A stretch of 64,000 nt of DNA, taken from NCBI GenBank assembly GCA_004022145.1, contig RCNU01000010.1, one strand, 5' to 3'. Both the position numbers and the translations under genes were made by a program. Below are positions 1-10,941 of this stretch, in pieces. Source of the DNA: Paecilomyces variotii. Its lineage: Eukaryota. Position 1 is the stretch's first letter. Every line of letters starts with the position of its first letter. The notes beneath the pieces are model-generated. The model saw only the letters and a list, made by a program, of their open reading frames with translations, did not search any database and was not told where the DNA came from.

Positions 1-163
1 TCGCCAAGGATGGCAAGGGTTACTTCGAGGACCGAAGACCTGCCAGTAACGCTGATCCTTACCAGATTACCGGTATTATTGTTGAGACTGTGAGTTTGCC
101 CTCGAATCGACTTTCCTAGAGCCGTGATCGCTGACTTCTCTTCAGCTGTGTGGTGGTGTCTAA
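1..163 (+). CDS. glnA: Glutamine synthetase, 3' end (partial; intron 90-145)
   Basis: Manual translation gives [41 protein letters not shown]-x-SN-x-DPY is the GS type II C-terminal motif. The intron is GTGAGT...CAG with a CTGAC branch site. Confidence 0.95.
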
Positions 164-198
164 ATTTGTGGAACCTTCTGGCTTAGCTCTTGTATACC

Positions 199-338
199 CT
201 CCGGCGTCAACCGGGAGTCGAATAGAGCGGCACGGCAGCGGGTGAAAAAGATGTTATAGTCCTTTTTCTTTTGTTGACGATAGCCTTATTAGTTATGGGT
301 TTGTTGACCCGCTCGCCGCAGCCGGTTCTATCACTCTC
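199..338 (+). promoter_or_regulatory. Structured RNA element in glutamine synthetase 3'UTR
   Basis: Nested complementary segments: 213-218/333-338, 222-228/325-331, 229-231/321-323, 233-236/315-318, 237-243/307-313 and inner hairpin 244-250/262-268. AATAAA lies downstream at ~442. Confidence 0.65.
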
Positions 339-754
339 TCCTTTGTCGTTCAGTTCCATTTTTCCTTTTAACTCATCCTCACGTCGGCCATGTCTGTTAC
401 GAGGAGCATAGATAGCTTGTTCTATCTGGATTGAATCATTGAATAAAAGAAGTTTCAACGGGAATCGTACGCGATCTGTCAGTATGACTACTGGCTATAT
501 ATAGGCTGCCCCATAGGATCATCCCGGACATTCCAAATGGGATTAGTTTGGATAATGGGCAGCCTTGGCAGTAGCTGGCACTCGATATAGGAAGAAATAC
601 CGTCTATACATCTGCGAGCTCATTCTGGCTTCACCCAGAGGTTGTTAGCAGGGTGATCCCTGTGAGTCAGGTGATCTAGTACTCACCAACCTCATTGATA
701 CTCCGCCTACGGTCAACTACGCTCTCTCGGTTTGCGCGCCCATTCCGTTAGCAC

Positions 755-822
755 AGCTGCTGAAGATACTTCATTGTCAACTAGCTAGCTATGTGGCTCT
801 AGCAAGGATCCTGCTGGTCGCC
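755..822. repeat. Degenerate direct repeat, copy 1 (copy 2 at 3326-3398)
   Basis: AGCTGCTGAAGAT (755-767 = 3326-3338) and TGGCTCTAGCAAGGATCCTG (794-813 = 3373-3392) occur in the same order and orientation. Confidence 0.8.
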
Positions 823-1025
823 CTGACCACGAGATGTCACATGATCTAGGCCAGGATAGGCCCGGCCTGCCTCCTAGCTATGTAGTAATCCAAGCAGCTT
901 CTCACCGCTTCCTTCAACTACTACTGGAGCCCCTAGGGGTACCAAAATGCTTCTTGTCTATGTGACTTGAAGCAAATCCAGCAATCGTTCTGCTCACTTC
1001 ACATACCGTACCATATGACTGGACC

Positions 1026-2677
1026 ATGCCAAAAACTAGACGTCTGCTACGTGGCGAAATCACGTACTCGGCCGCGAAGGACAAAGAAGTCAATATTCTT
1101 CATCGCTTGGAGTATTATAACCAGGAAATCCAGTTCTTCTCCCTTCTTGACAAAAGCCGCGACTGGATCCGCGCCGTTGTTTCTTATCACTTGAACCTGC
1201 GATCGTCGGACTATTGCCATGTAGCGGACGTATCGGACTGGTTGCATGGGAGCTTCAATGTATGTATACCAGTGACGATTGTTGATTGGAAAGGAAAACA
1301 ACAGTCAGGAGACCGTGTTCTTATCCGATTTCCTCTACCATATCGAGTCGGTGAAAGCTACCACCCTGGGAATGGAGATGAGAAACTCAGATGTGAGGCT
1401 GCTACCTATTCTTGGCTACAAGATAACTGTCCCGACGTGCCCATTCCACAATTATATGGCTTCGGGCTATCTACTGGTGAGACTGTATGGGTCGTTACTC
1501 TACATCTTTAAGGGCGATTTCAAAGACTAATATTATCCAGTTTACACAAGTCACGAATCTCCCTCTTTGGATGCGCTGCATACACTTTCTGAGACGGAAT
1601 ATCCTTACGTTGGTTGGCTACCCACTTCCGTCGCGATATGTACGTCGTCATGGCAGTGCGGTGGCGTCGGGTGATGGGCCGCTGCCCTTCGGTTACCTTT
1701 TGACTGAGTATATTGAGAGTACAAGGGGGGAAATGCTTTCAAAAACCTGGGGCATAAAGCGAGATGATCTTAGATTACGAACCAATTTCTTGCGTGATCT
1801 GAGTCGAATATTTCTGAGTTTGGCAAGACACCCACTTCCAAAAATTGGTTCTTTTACCATCGATAATAACGGAGTTTTGTCTCTCACAAATCGCCCCTTA
1901 CAACTTGAGATTCAGGACCTTGAGAATGAAAGAATTCCAACGGATATACCGCGGGACTACACATACTCAACCGTTGACTCATATGTGGCCGATATACTTC
2001 GTTACCATGATAGCCGCATACGCCACCAACCGAATGCTATAAATGATTCAGGGGACTACCTATATCAGATATCGGCTTTAACAGCCATGCGGGCAATATC
2101 TCCACTATTACTCCGACAAGATCTTCGCCGTGGCCCCTATATTTTTATGTTGACTGATATCCATCAAAGTAATATCTTTGTCAATAAGGATTGGAACATT
2201 ACTTCTCTTGTGGATTTAGAGTGGGCATGCTCTATACCAGTGGAGATGGTACAACCGCCTTACTGGCTTACAGACAAGGCCGTGGATCAGCTCGTGTCCG
2301 AAGAATATAACGAATCTCGCTTGGAATTTATGAATGTCCTCACTGAGGTTGAAAAAGAAACTTCCACTTCCCTCAGAGGTAAAAACCAGACCACTACCGC
2401 TTTCAAATTATCTGCCATCATGGAGGAGACTTGGCAGAAAGGCACTTTTTGGTTCACACTTGCCCTTTTCAGTCCGACTGGGCTTTTTTCAATCTTTGAA
2501 AAGCAAATCCAACCACTCTTCACGAAAAGTTGTCCCGATCATGATCCTTTTCATGAAATTATGCCATGGTACTGGTCGCTTGATATTGTTAGTACTCTCA
2601 AACTTAAGACAGCTGATAAAAAACAGTACGATAAAGACCTCCAGCAGGCATTTGAGAGTGGATGTCTTACTGATTAA
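1026..2677 (+). CDS. APH/phosphotransferase (protein-kinase-like) family protein; intron 1485-1540
   Basis: Motifs HGSFNVC, RFPLPY, EKLRCEAATY, VPIPQLYGFG, TDIHQSNIFV and SLVDLEW. The GT...AG intron joins ORFs 1026-1511 and 1487-2677 in frame. Confidence 0.85.
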
Positions 2678-2799
2678 TGAGAATCTTTACTTTCAATAAC
2701 AGGCTGAGCACTATGCGAGCCTGAGCCGGAGTTCGAAAAAAGTTACCAATTGTCGGGAAAGTTTTGTGACGCCATCTTGGCAGATGTTAGGACAGCGAC

Positions 2800-3116
2800 T
2801 GGAGAGGCTATGCTGCTCTATTCGGTCCAATACTTAGCAGCGTCAATAGCTTATGCTGCGTTGAGAGCAATCAACTGAACGGTGAGCAAATTAGAACCAT
2901 AAAAGTATCTGTCTCAGTGCAGAACAATTGGATAAGGGACTCTCTCTCGTAATGGTCCAACTCAGCATGGAAAATGTGCGCATCAATGCCGCGGAGATGG
3001 AGCGTAGCGCCGATGAAAAACTACTGTGCAGGATTAACGCACCATACGACAGACTTTTCGTAATATATAAGGACTTCATCACGAATGATTGGGAGGAGTG
3101 CCTAAAGCTTAGGGGA
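2800..3116 (-). pseudogene. SNF2-type helicase C-terminal (HELICc) fragment with in-frame TAG stops
   Basis: One minus-strand frame reads SPKL*ALLPIIRDEVLIYYEKSVVWCVNPAQ*FFIGATLHLRGIDAHIFHAELDHYERESLIQLFCTETDTFMVLICS. The pattern SPKL...K-x-VVW...ER..L...F...VLI resembles a SNF2 HELICc domain. It is absent from the ORF track. Confidence 0.6.
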
Positions 3117-3325
3117 TTATACAAGCCGCTTTGCAATGGACTTGTAAAACAGATCGTACTGTCGTTGTTCATCCATGCCAAGGAGAAAGAACGGCGGCCT
3201 GTCACAAGTCGGTGCTCGTAGCATGTATGTTTTGATTGCTTCGTTATTACCCTGTCGCGGCATAGTTCCTGTTCCTCTCTGCTCTCCTTCAAGTTCTTCG
3301 ATTGCCAATTTGTCTCGTTACTTGG

Positions 3326-3398
3326 AGCTGCTGAAGATTGTTTAAAAAGTTAATTGAGTTAACTACCTAAATTGGCTCTAGCAAGGATCCTGATCGCC
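3326..3398. repeat. Degenerate direct repeat, copy 2
   Basis: Matches the blocks in copy 1 at 755-822. Confidence 0.8.
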
Positions 3399-3574
3399 AC
3401 TGGAGGTCAGGATATCGAACGGTAATGTACTGTACATAATTGTTCCATTGAACCACTGTATTATTGTTTTGATTGCATGGGCCGATTGTTATTGTGTATT
3501 TGGATATGAAACTATTTTTTTTTTTTGAGTACCACACTCCCATTATTGAACGATGACCTTTAGATTTCCTTTAT

Positions 3575-4085
3575 ACTTACACTTTGATTGTGATGACAAG
3601 CTTAAACTGGAAATGATTGTGATTCCAACTACTATCGTGCATCTGTCGCTAGTCGTGGTAGAGATTCTGAATACCCAACTTCAAGAATAAAAGATGTGGT
3701 GGAAAAATTTGTTGTAGCCAAGGCTTTAATTCCCCATTGTTTATCAGGCTGTTTCTTATTCCCGTTCTAGATCTGCTCTGCTGTTCCCGCAGAAATCAAG
3801 GTAGCGAGGAGTTCTTCTTCCTCCATTTTGATGTGGAAGCCTTTGAATCAAGTTCCTAGATCTCAATTTTCCCGTTGAGAGATTTTAGAGTGAAACAAAT
3901 CTGAGAAAATGACAATTTCCGAGCAATAAAAGGAGGATATGATAACTTATCTCGGCGCGTGGGGAACAAACAGAGGTTTGAAAATCTAATATGATGTAGT
4001 TGTTCCATTTGGGAGGAGTCAATCCAGTTGTTATATCTGTCTCCTTTGTGGATTCTGGGAATTTGTTACTCGATTCTGTTGCCAT
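3575..4085 (-). pseudogene. Degenerate PD-(D/E)XK/Uma2-like fungal protein
   Basis: The minus strand reads KKQPDKQW...FILEVGYSESLPRLATDAR**LES...(frameshift)LVITIKV. This matches the fungal K-x-PD...LEVG-x-SES...L..DA-x-WWL pattern, with WW replaced by TAG TAG (3629-3634). Confidence 0.65.
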
Positions 4086-4849
4086 CCCGTAGACATTCGA
4101 TTAAGTAAGTATGTACCTACCTACCCATCCCACAGACTTGACCAGAAAATCGACTCTACCGTCAAGTTTCTTCCCCATCTGGGTGGGAGTAGGATATGCG
4201 TCTGGTTCCACAATGCGGTTCAAAATGCGTATATCCACGACGACTCTTCCCTTTGGGATCATTGTGCCCTTTGACTTCGACGTTAAGCCATATCAACGAA
4301 GACTACTGGGCATTTGTACAAAGTTCAGTGCGATCGCGGCCCTTAGTTGTCCTTTCCATGTTTCTATATTTGCAGCACTCAAATAAATCTTGAGCCTAGC
4401 CCAAAAAGGAATTTCATCGATCCCTCTGGTTCTTGTCAGAGGGCAAAGGGCAAAAAGTGACATTTGTCTACAGGGTCTTGCACCTTTTCGACTATACAAG
4501 CACCCCTGTCTCTCTCTTAAGACTGTAGGTTATCAGCATTTATCATAAAGGGATACAAGGCGTCTCAAAAAAAGAAAAGGTGAGAGATGATATAAAACAG
4601 CTCACTGTTCAGAGATATGGCCAAGTCATAATCTTGCAGAAGGGGTAAGATATGGTAAAAACTTACGGCGCTCTTCGCAGCCTCGGAGTACTAGTTTATA
4701 CTAAACTAAGTAGTCGAGACAGCCGCGCGGGACTCTCTGGCGTAAGTATGAGTAGTCGCGTATTCCATGCGTCCTTGTCGGCGAAGCTTGTCATATGTCT
4801 GGTCAACCACCTCACGGTCCTTGGGACCTAATAAGTATACCTAGCTTAG

Positions 4850-4990
4850 CATGCTTCAGAAAACTCGACTCCCGCCCCTGCTTGAATGGGATAGGCATCC
4901 ATTGATCTAGAGGGATGCTGGTTGACCCTCGGTCAGACCAGATGTCATACGACCTGACCATTTCTTCAAGTCGAGGTACCGTAAACTGTG
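4850..4990 (-). mobile_element. Possible Ty3/Gypsy pol fragment (segment upstream of RT)
   Basis: DIWSDRGSTSIPLDQWMPIPFK resembles the W-x-D-x-G...IP...WM-x-IPLK stretch that precedes RT in fungal Gypsy elements. No RT core is visible. Confidence 0.4.
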
Positions 4991-5077
4991 ACGCCAATGT
5001 CGAGTTTCCGTTCGAGACTATTGTCGCCTCGTGCCGCTAAACCCTTTGCTTGGCCTGAAATAGACTCACCAGTCCAT

Positions 5078-5172
5078 GTGCATGGCTACTTGGAGCATAA
5101 GGCAATGTATAAATCGCTCTCCAGTCACGATAGAAAGGTCTTGTGCCCGTGATGTGATCCATACTTTGTCAT
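5078..5172 (-). pseudogene. Fragment paralogous to the membrane-protein gene at 29211-30239
   Basis: 5081-5142 aligns to 29586-29647 with 56/62 identity. Peptides: IVTGERFIHCLMLQVAM vs IVTGERAIDRLMLQVAM. Confidence 0.85.
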
Positions 5173-5589
5173 ACAGTAGGTTCTTGTCAAATTCGTCTTC
5201 TAAGCGATTGGCCACAAGTACCTCCCTTGGGAAACTGAGTGCTTGCTGGATTTTGTTCTATTTCTATCCGACTGGTGAGACAGCAGTAAAATCCGAAAGT
5301 TTCTGAGTGGATTAAAGATAAAAATTCAGAATGGTTATAAGAGTTTTCGGCCGATATTAAGAGATATAATCCGTTTCTCTTTTCTAATGATCTCAGCCGG
5401 CTACCTATAGAAACAGTTAGTCTATCAGATTACGCAAAAGGGAGGATTGCCGGAACAAACTCCAGATCGGCTCAATGCACTCAGCATGTCATATAAAAAG
5501 GCTGGCTGTCTCAGAGTGAACAACCAAATGTAGTCAGTCAGCTCTAGAGAGAGCCGAAAGGACTTTCTGTAGTTGCTCTCGTTGTCGCT

Positions 5590-5797
5590 TGAAGATGACA
5601 AAAACGAGTGGGATGTGGAGCAAATGCTCGCATCGAGGCAACGTGCGAGGAAGACTGAATACCTCCGGCGATGGAAGGGATTCCCTCCTTCTGAGGATAC
5701 GTGGGAGCCAGAGGAACATCTCGAAAGGGCAAAGGAGCTTAATGAATTTAAAAATACAGAACGGGCTACACAGAGAAAACGCCAGCGGACTTATTGA
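5590..5797 (+). mobile_element. Isolated chromodomain, probably a chromovirus integrase C-terminal remnant
   Basis: EWDVEQMLASRQRARKTEYLRRWKGFPPSEDTWEPEEHL is a canonical chromodomain. There is no ATG upstream of the domain in its frame and no integrase core. Confidence 0.75.
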
Positions 5798-6409
5798 TTG
5801 CCGCGAAGAACCCCCGAAAAACAGACCAACCGAACGCCCGAGATAGACGCGAGCGCCATGGCCATGCTCGTTAAGCAGGCCCCGAACAGTGTGCCTGTCT
5901 CTGTTCTTCTATGTCGTCAATCGAGTCAAGAGTGTACGTGCCAAGGAACTCGTTGATATTGTCCACCTCGGGTTCCCACCCATGTTCTGCCAATATCGAG
6001 GCGGCATCCTGCAGAGCCCGGATGCATTTATCTTACTCCGCCTAAGTATGTTAGTAACGAACTTAAGTTAGATTACGATCTACTTACCTTATTACGCACA
6101 AAGTCTTCCGACTTCGTGTTTGCCATATGATTCCTTGCCCACCCTTCACGAAGCGTTCTGATCAAGCAGGCTTTGATGCGCCTGTACTGCTATATGGCGC
6201 CGGTAATATCACTTAGCTTTCTCAAGAGATTGCGGCTGCGACCGCTGTTGAGCACCCAGATCTTCTTAATATGACTATTGTCTTGGAATTGCGCCCGTGC
6301 CGTGATTCCGCCGAAGTTTGTATACGCCTGCAGTTTATCTTCCTGTAATAGAGTTAGTTAAGGACAATCTAACTTAAGTCAGATTGGGATTAAATACTCT
6401 AGGCGCAAG

Positions 6410-6810
6410 CCTGCCGACCATCTCATAGTAACGGCATGATTGAATTCGTTGCGACTATAGAATAGACCAACGTCGGGTTTGTCGTAAGTGCGGCGAACGA
6501 TTATTAGCATTTCCAAAGTCCGCTTTCAGTGGGATTCTATGGGCGCTCCATTGGCTGTTAATCGGTGCAGCTAACATGGCAAGATCTTGCAAAAGGGAAT
6601 CAAGGATATGTTCATGGCAGACTCGGATCTGTTGTATTGCGGCAAGTAGAATAGGGGTTGGTGTGCGCGCCATACCAACTGGAAACTCAGGAGGTGACTA
6701 ATGGCCAGAGGAGTGCAGTTTGAACATAAGGGTGATGTTGCATATATGCTCTTAATGAAGTCCATCTCATAGGGACATATTCTTGTATGTTTCCTGGCTT
6801 CGTCTATCAC
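6410..6810 (-). pseudogene. Frameshifted remnant of an unidentified fungal protein
   Basis: Overlapping ORFs join across a frameshift into SESAMNISLIP/LQDLAMLAAPINSQWSAHRIPLKADFG...EMVG, which looks protein-like. Family not identified. Confidence 0.3.
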
Positions 6811-7699
6811 CAGAAGAGCTCTCCTTTGTCACCAGTTGTCTTTCAGCTCTGGACTCTCTGTCAGGTCATTCAACAATTTGAAGTATTGAAAGCTAGTGTC
6901 CAACTTTCCAGTGGAGTAGCTGGCCAAATGATAGTATATACAGCCATCTGCGGTCTGCGCTGTGGCACGTATATAGCCTAGCTAGAGTTGATGGAGAGGA
7001 GGAGACGATCTGACGGAGGAAACAGACCGAACGATCGGGCTTTTACTAGCAGGGGTGCCTCTGATATATACGACCCTCGTGTGTTCGATACGTTCCCAAA
7101 GAGCAGCAACGATTTCCATCCGATCGAATATGAGGTTATCTCCTGAACAGTGTGGATAATCTATAACTCAGAGTATGAGCGGAGATGGAAAGCATAGTAA
7201 TAAACAGTTCTGACGAGGCAACAGCATCCTTGTGCATTGAGAGAGGATGAAGAGAGTCCGTGCAATTGCTCAAGGCATCATCTGAAGAATAATCGAACGT
7301 TCCATAGAAAGAAGGACACGGTACAGAGGAAGTGCCAAATTTCTAAAGCTGTGTGACGGGCCACGATATAATGCAAAGCCTCTTTACTGGGACGATGTAG
7401 CAGTTCCAACTAATGAGCTAACGATTAGGCATTTGGAAGAAAGAATGGATATATGATATTGGATTGTATCTTTTTGTTTATAACAGCAAAATCCTTAGCA
7501 GAGACAGTTCTTTGAAGGACTTTGCGGAAGGCGCATTTCTGTAGAGTCGTACTTGGGACTCACGGAAAATCCAGTATACTTACAACTTCTGTCAGTCTTC
7601 GTAACCTTCTAGGAAACCCGACTTTGGAAAGGCTCCCCCGGGAAACTCCCACGCGATAAGCAACAGACTATTCCATTGGCGTTGCGTAAATCGGCGGTT

Positions 7700-10600
7700 G
7701 TGATCGATTGCACCCTCATAATCGTTGGGTTTGGGCGGATGATATGCTTTTCCACAAGCTCGTCCCATGACCAGAGCAATGCTCGCTCGTTCTTCGTGGA
7801 TGGTACCTTCGCATCGCTGTCTGATATTTTATACTTCAGGGTGCAAAACTAGCGTGTAAGAATGTGATTTCGAATAATTAGAGCTGAAATTTTGAGTCAC
7901 AGGCCTTTTTTCCCGCACGAGGCCAGGGTATAAGAGCCTTGCCTCCCCTACTCTTCTACCGAAGGTCCATTGGGCGAAGTGGCAGACATAAGGTGTTCTC
8001 GATGTCACGACTTCACCAAAATAATTCAGTCTCTCGCTAGGTGCGATCGCAATTCCCAGAAGCTATACCGACTAGCAGAATGTTGATAAGCACTTCGCTC
8101 ATACGCAAATACGCTAAGTACATTGCCGCGGTGATCATCTACTGTGAATCCAATGTCGCCAAAATTTTCCGCCTGCGACACGACCCAGTCCAAAATGACC
8201 ACTTTTGCTTTGGTAATCGATAGTAGCGACTGTAGGTACAGCGTTGGAAGGAAGCCTGCCATCGGCAACGAGAGCGAAGAGACGCTGCCGATAGAAAAAA
8301 TTCTGTGCTTTGTAGGGACTAATGATGGTTATCTCGTCTGCACGATACGCCCCTGCCTGGTGGTTCCTGAGGATTATTTCCATGACCAGATCGATATGCG
8401 GAACGTTTAGCCTCGAATTTGTGGCTTTATCGATCTGACAATCAGAATGCCTGGGCTCATAACAAGATGGCCCATGTCCATTCTCGTAGCATCTTAATAG
8501 GCAGAAGTTCACCCAACATCGCAGACCATTTCTGGTTCACAGAAATGGAATTCGTACATAGGTGAGAACGCATCTTACCTGCATATACCCGTTCATTAAG
8601 CCAATCAACGAGACGCTTTTCGGTGAGCTGCAGCATATGACGTCCCAGATGAGCAGCGAAAGATGTCTCGACTTGGTTGCTTTATTGATCTGGCAATTGG
8701 AAACTGTCGGGCTGAGCAGAAGATATCCTATATCCATGCTCGCGGCGCTCTTGATAGGCAGAAGTCCACCCAATATTCGAGACCATTTCTTAGTTATAGA
8801 AACGAGAATTCGTATATAGGTAGGAACGCATCTCATCTGCATATACCCTTCGTTAAGCTAGTTAACGAGGCATTTTCGGTGAGCTGCAGCATAATATGTC
8901 CCGTTCTGACGAGACGAGCATCGAACGACGTCTCTAGCTGCAGATCAAACTCATTGAAACCTGGCTCTTCTTTTGCAGAGAGGACGGTTGGCTGTAGTTG
9001 CTTCAGATCTCCGCAAAGGATTACGCCTTGGATTTTGTCCGCGTGGCCCATCTTAGGTAGGGAGATCCAACTGCTAGGCTCAACCTCCTTTGGATCCTCA
9101 TCTCGAATGAGGATTATGCCGTTCGCACATTCGCCAAAGTGGCGTGTAGGAATTGACAGGCCAAGATAATCATTCGTGGATATGATGAGGAAAATACTGA
9201 AGAAGGCTGAGCTTATAATATATTGGCACACTTTCTTAAATGAAAGATCTGCCTTGCGACGGTCCTCCGCATCCCACGAACTCATTGGCTGCGTCTGCAT
9301 GAGCTGTAGGTACTTGCGAAACTCTGCAAAAATGTCTGCTTCTTCCCCTTTTTCGAAGCCCGCATCGTAGGCTTCCAGGCGTCCTCTCGTGGAACACCCC
9401 TCGATACAGCAATTTGTTCAAATTGCTGTTCCTCTGAAGTGTAGTTGCTGATGAGTTTTGTCCCTGTCACTTCTGCGTCAAGAGCAGCCTGGACAGCATG
9501 AGCTTCCAAAGACATGTGCGGGAGACCAGATCAGCGGTCTTTAAATCCCTTTCGGATAGACTGTGCGAACTCAAGCATCTAAAATCGTTCCTTGAGTGTA
9601 CTCTCGAGCTTTCAAGTTATTATTTTGAAGTTCATGTATAGCACTGTACTGTGGAGCATCAACGGAAGTCTTCAGGCATTGAAGAGAGGTTTGTTTGCAC
9701 GATTGGCCACCACTCGTCTCTCGGTAAGTTCTCAGAGGATCGATCTGAGACCCCCTGTCTCTGTTGAACTTTTCAATTGCCTCGCAAATGGCGTCGGCAG
9801 CGTAGTGAGTCGGGGCCGACAAGATGACGTGCATGCCAAAATATGGACATCTTCTTTATGACCCCCTCCTTAAGATCGGATACGTCTTAAGTTTTAGGAC
9901 AGGCGGACAGCTCTTGTTGTGGCCGATAATAAGTTCTGCTGTGACCTTCCCCGAGACTTCGTCACCGAATCTCAGAACCAGCGACCCCGTCACACTTTGA
10001 AAGTGACACGCTTCGAGTCGCTAATCGCCTTATCTCTGTGCTTCGTCGTATCGAAAACAACCGCATAGAAGGAGTCCCTCGGCAGAACAGACCCAACATT
10101 CCTCGTCATGGAGCTGGCAGGCAGTGAACCTGTTGGCCCCGAAAAGAGAGAGAACCGCCAACCCACTCCCCTAGCGAAGGGCCGCTTCGAGGCTAACAAT
10201 CAAACGCCGGAACTCATCTAGCAGACCGCGAAGCTGGCGCAGCAGCTCCTCGACGTCATTAGAATCAGAAGAGGCATCGGAGGGCACGACAATCGGGGCT
10301 ACATTCACCACGTCAGTAATGAACAACCCAACGGAAGAGCTCACTTACCACGAGGGCTCGAACCCGGGAGACCTTCAAGACATTAGCTCAGAATTCACTC
10401 GACCAGGACAGGAAGGAACTTACGACGCGGAGGCATCTTGATGAGGAGGTCTTGAGAATGTTCTTCTTGTTCTTGTTTCGCAGGGCCAACAGAAAGGTCC
10501 AGTCTCCACGAATTCGACCAATATGGCCAACATCGTTCTTCTTATTGGGGAATTGCCATCGCTGCGCAACGGCTGTGCTTGACCGTCTCTTTCCCAGGAG

Positions 10601-10941
10601 CCTGGAAGCTCATCCGCGCAAGATCGCTGATCTTCAAACAAAAAGCCTCTTGCAATTTCAATTTCGGTTCTGCGAACCTTGTGACAGCCAGGATTCTGTT
10701 ATATGCGACGTTAAGGAATCCCGGACAGCTCACAGCGGGAGGAACATGGCGGCGGTGCAGGCGGAGATCGACAAGAATTCCTAAAGTGCATGTAAGCCTC
10801 AATCATCGACATCCTTGTGCAATGTCCAAACTTACCACTTCGCTCTCGCTGGCAGAGTATATATAGAACGCGGTCTGGGGTACAGGGCGCTTAACTTCTT
10901 CAACCCACTGCGTGTAGGAGTCAGCATCCATCATAAGCATT
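7700..10941 (-). pseudogene. Decayed DNA2/NAM7 (Upf1-like, SF1) helicase
   Basis: Collinear SF1 motifs are spread across broken frames: VILSAPTHYAADAI (Ia), LCGDLKQLQPTV (III), ITIISPYKAQ and VATID (V region). There are many stops and frameshifts. Boundaries are approximate. Confidence 0.8.
8420..8937. repeat. Diverged ~257-bp tandem duplication inside the helicase pseudogene
   Basis: Paired blocks at a ~255-260 bp offset: GCTTTATCGATCTGACAAT/GCTTTATTGATCTGGCAAT, ATAGGCAGAAGT, GAATTCGTACATAGGT/GAATTCGTATATAGGT and TTTTCGGTGAGCTGCAGCATA. Confidence 0.85.

Noticed and set aside
2928-3221. Plus-strand 97-aa ORF as a gene
   Set aside because: It has a TTG start and is antisense to the more protein-like SNF2 remnant.
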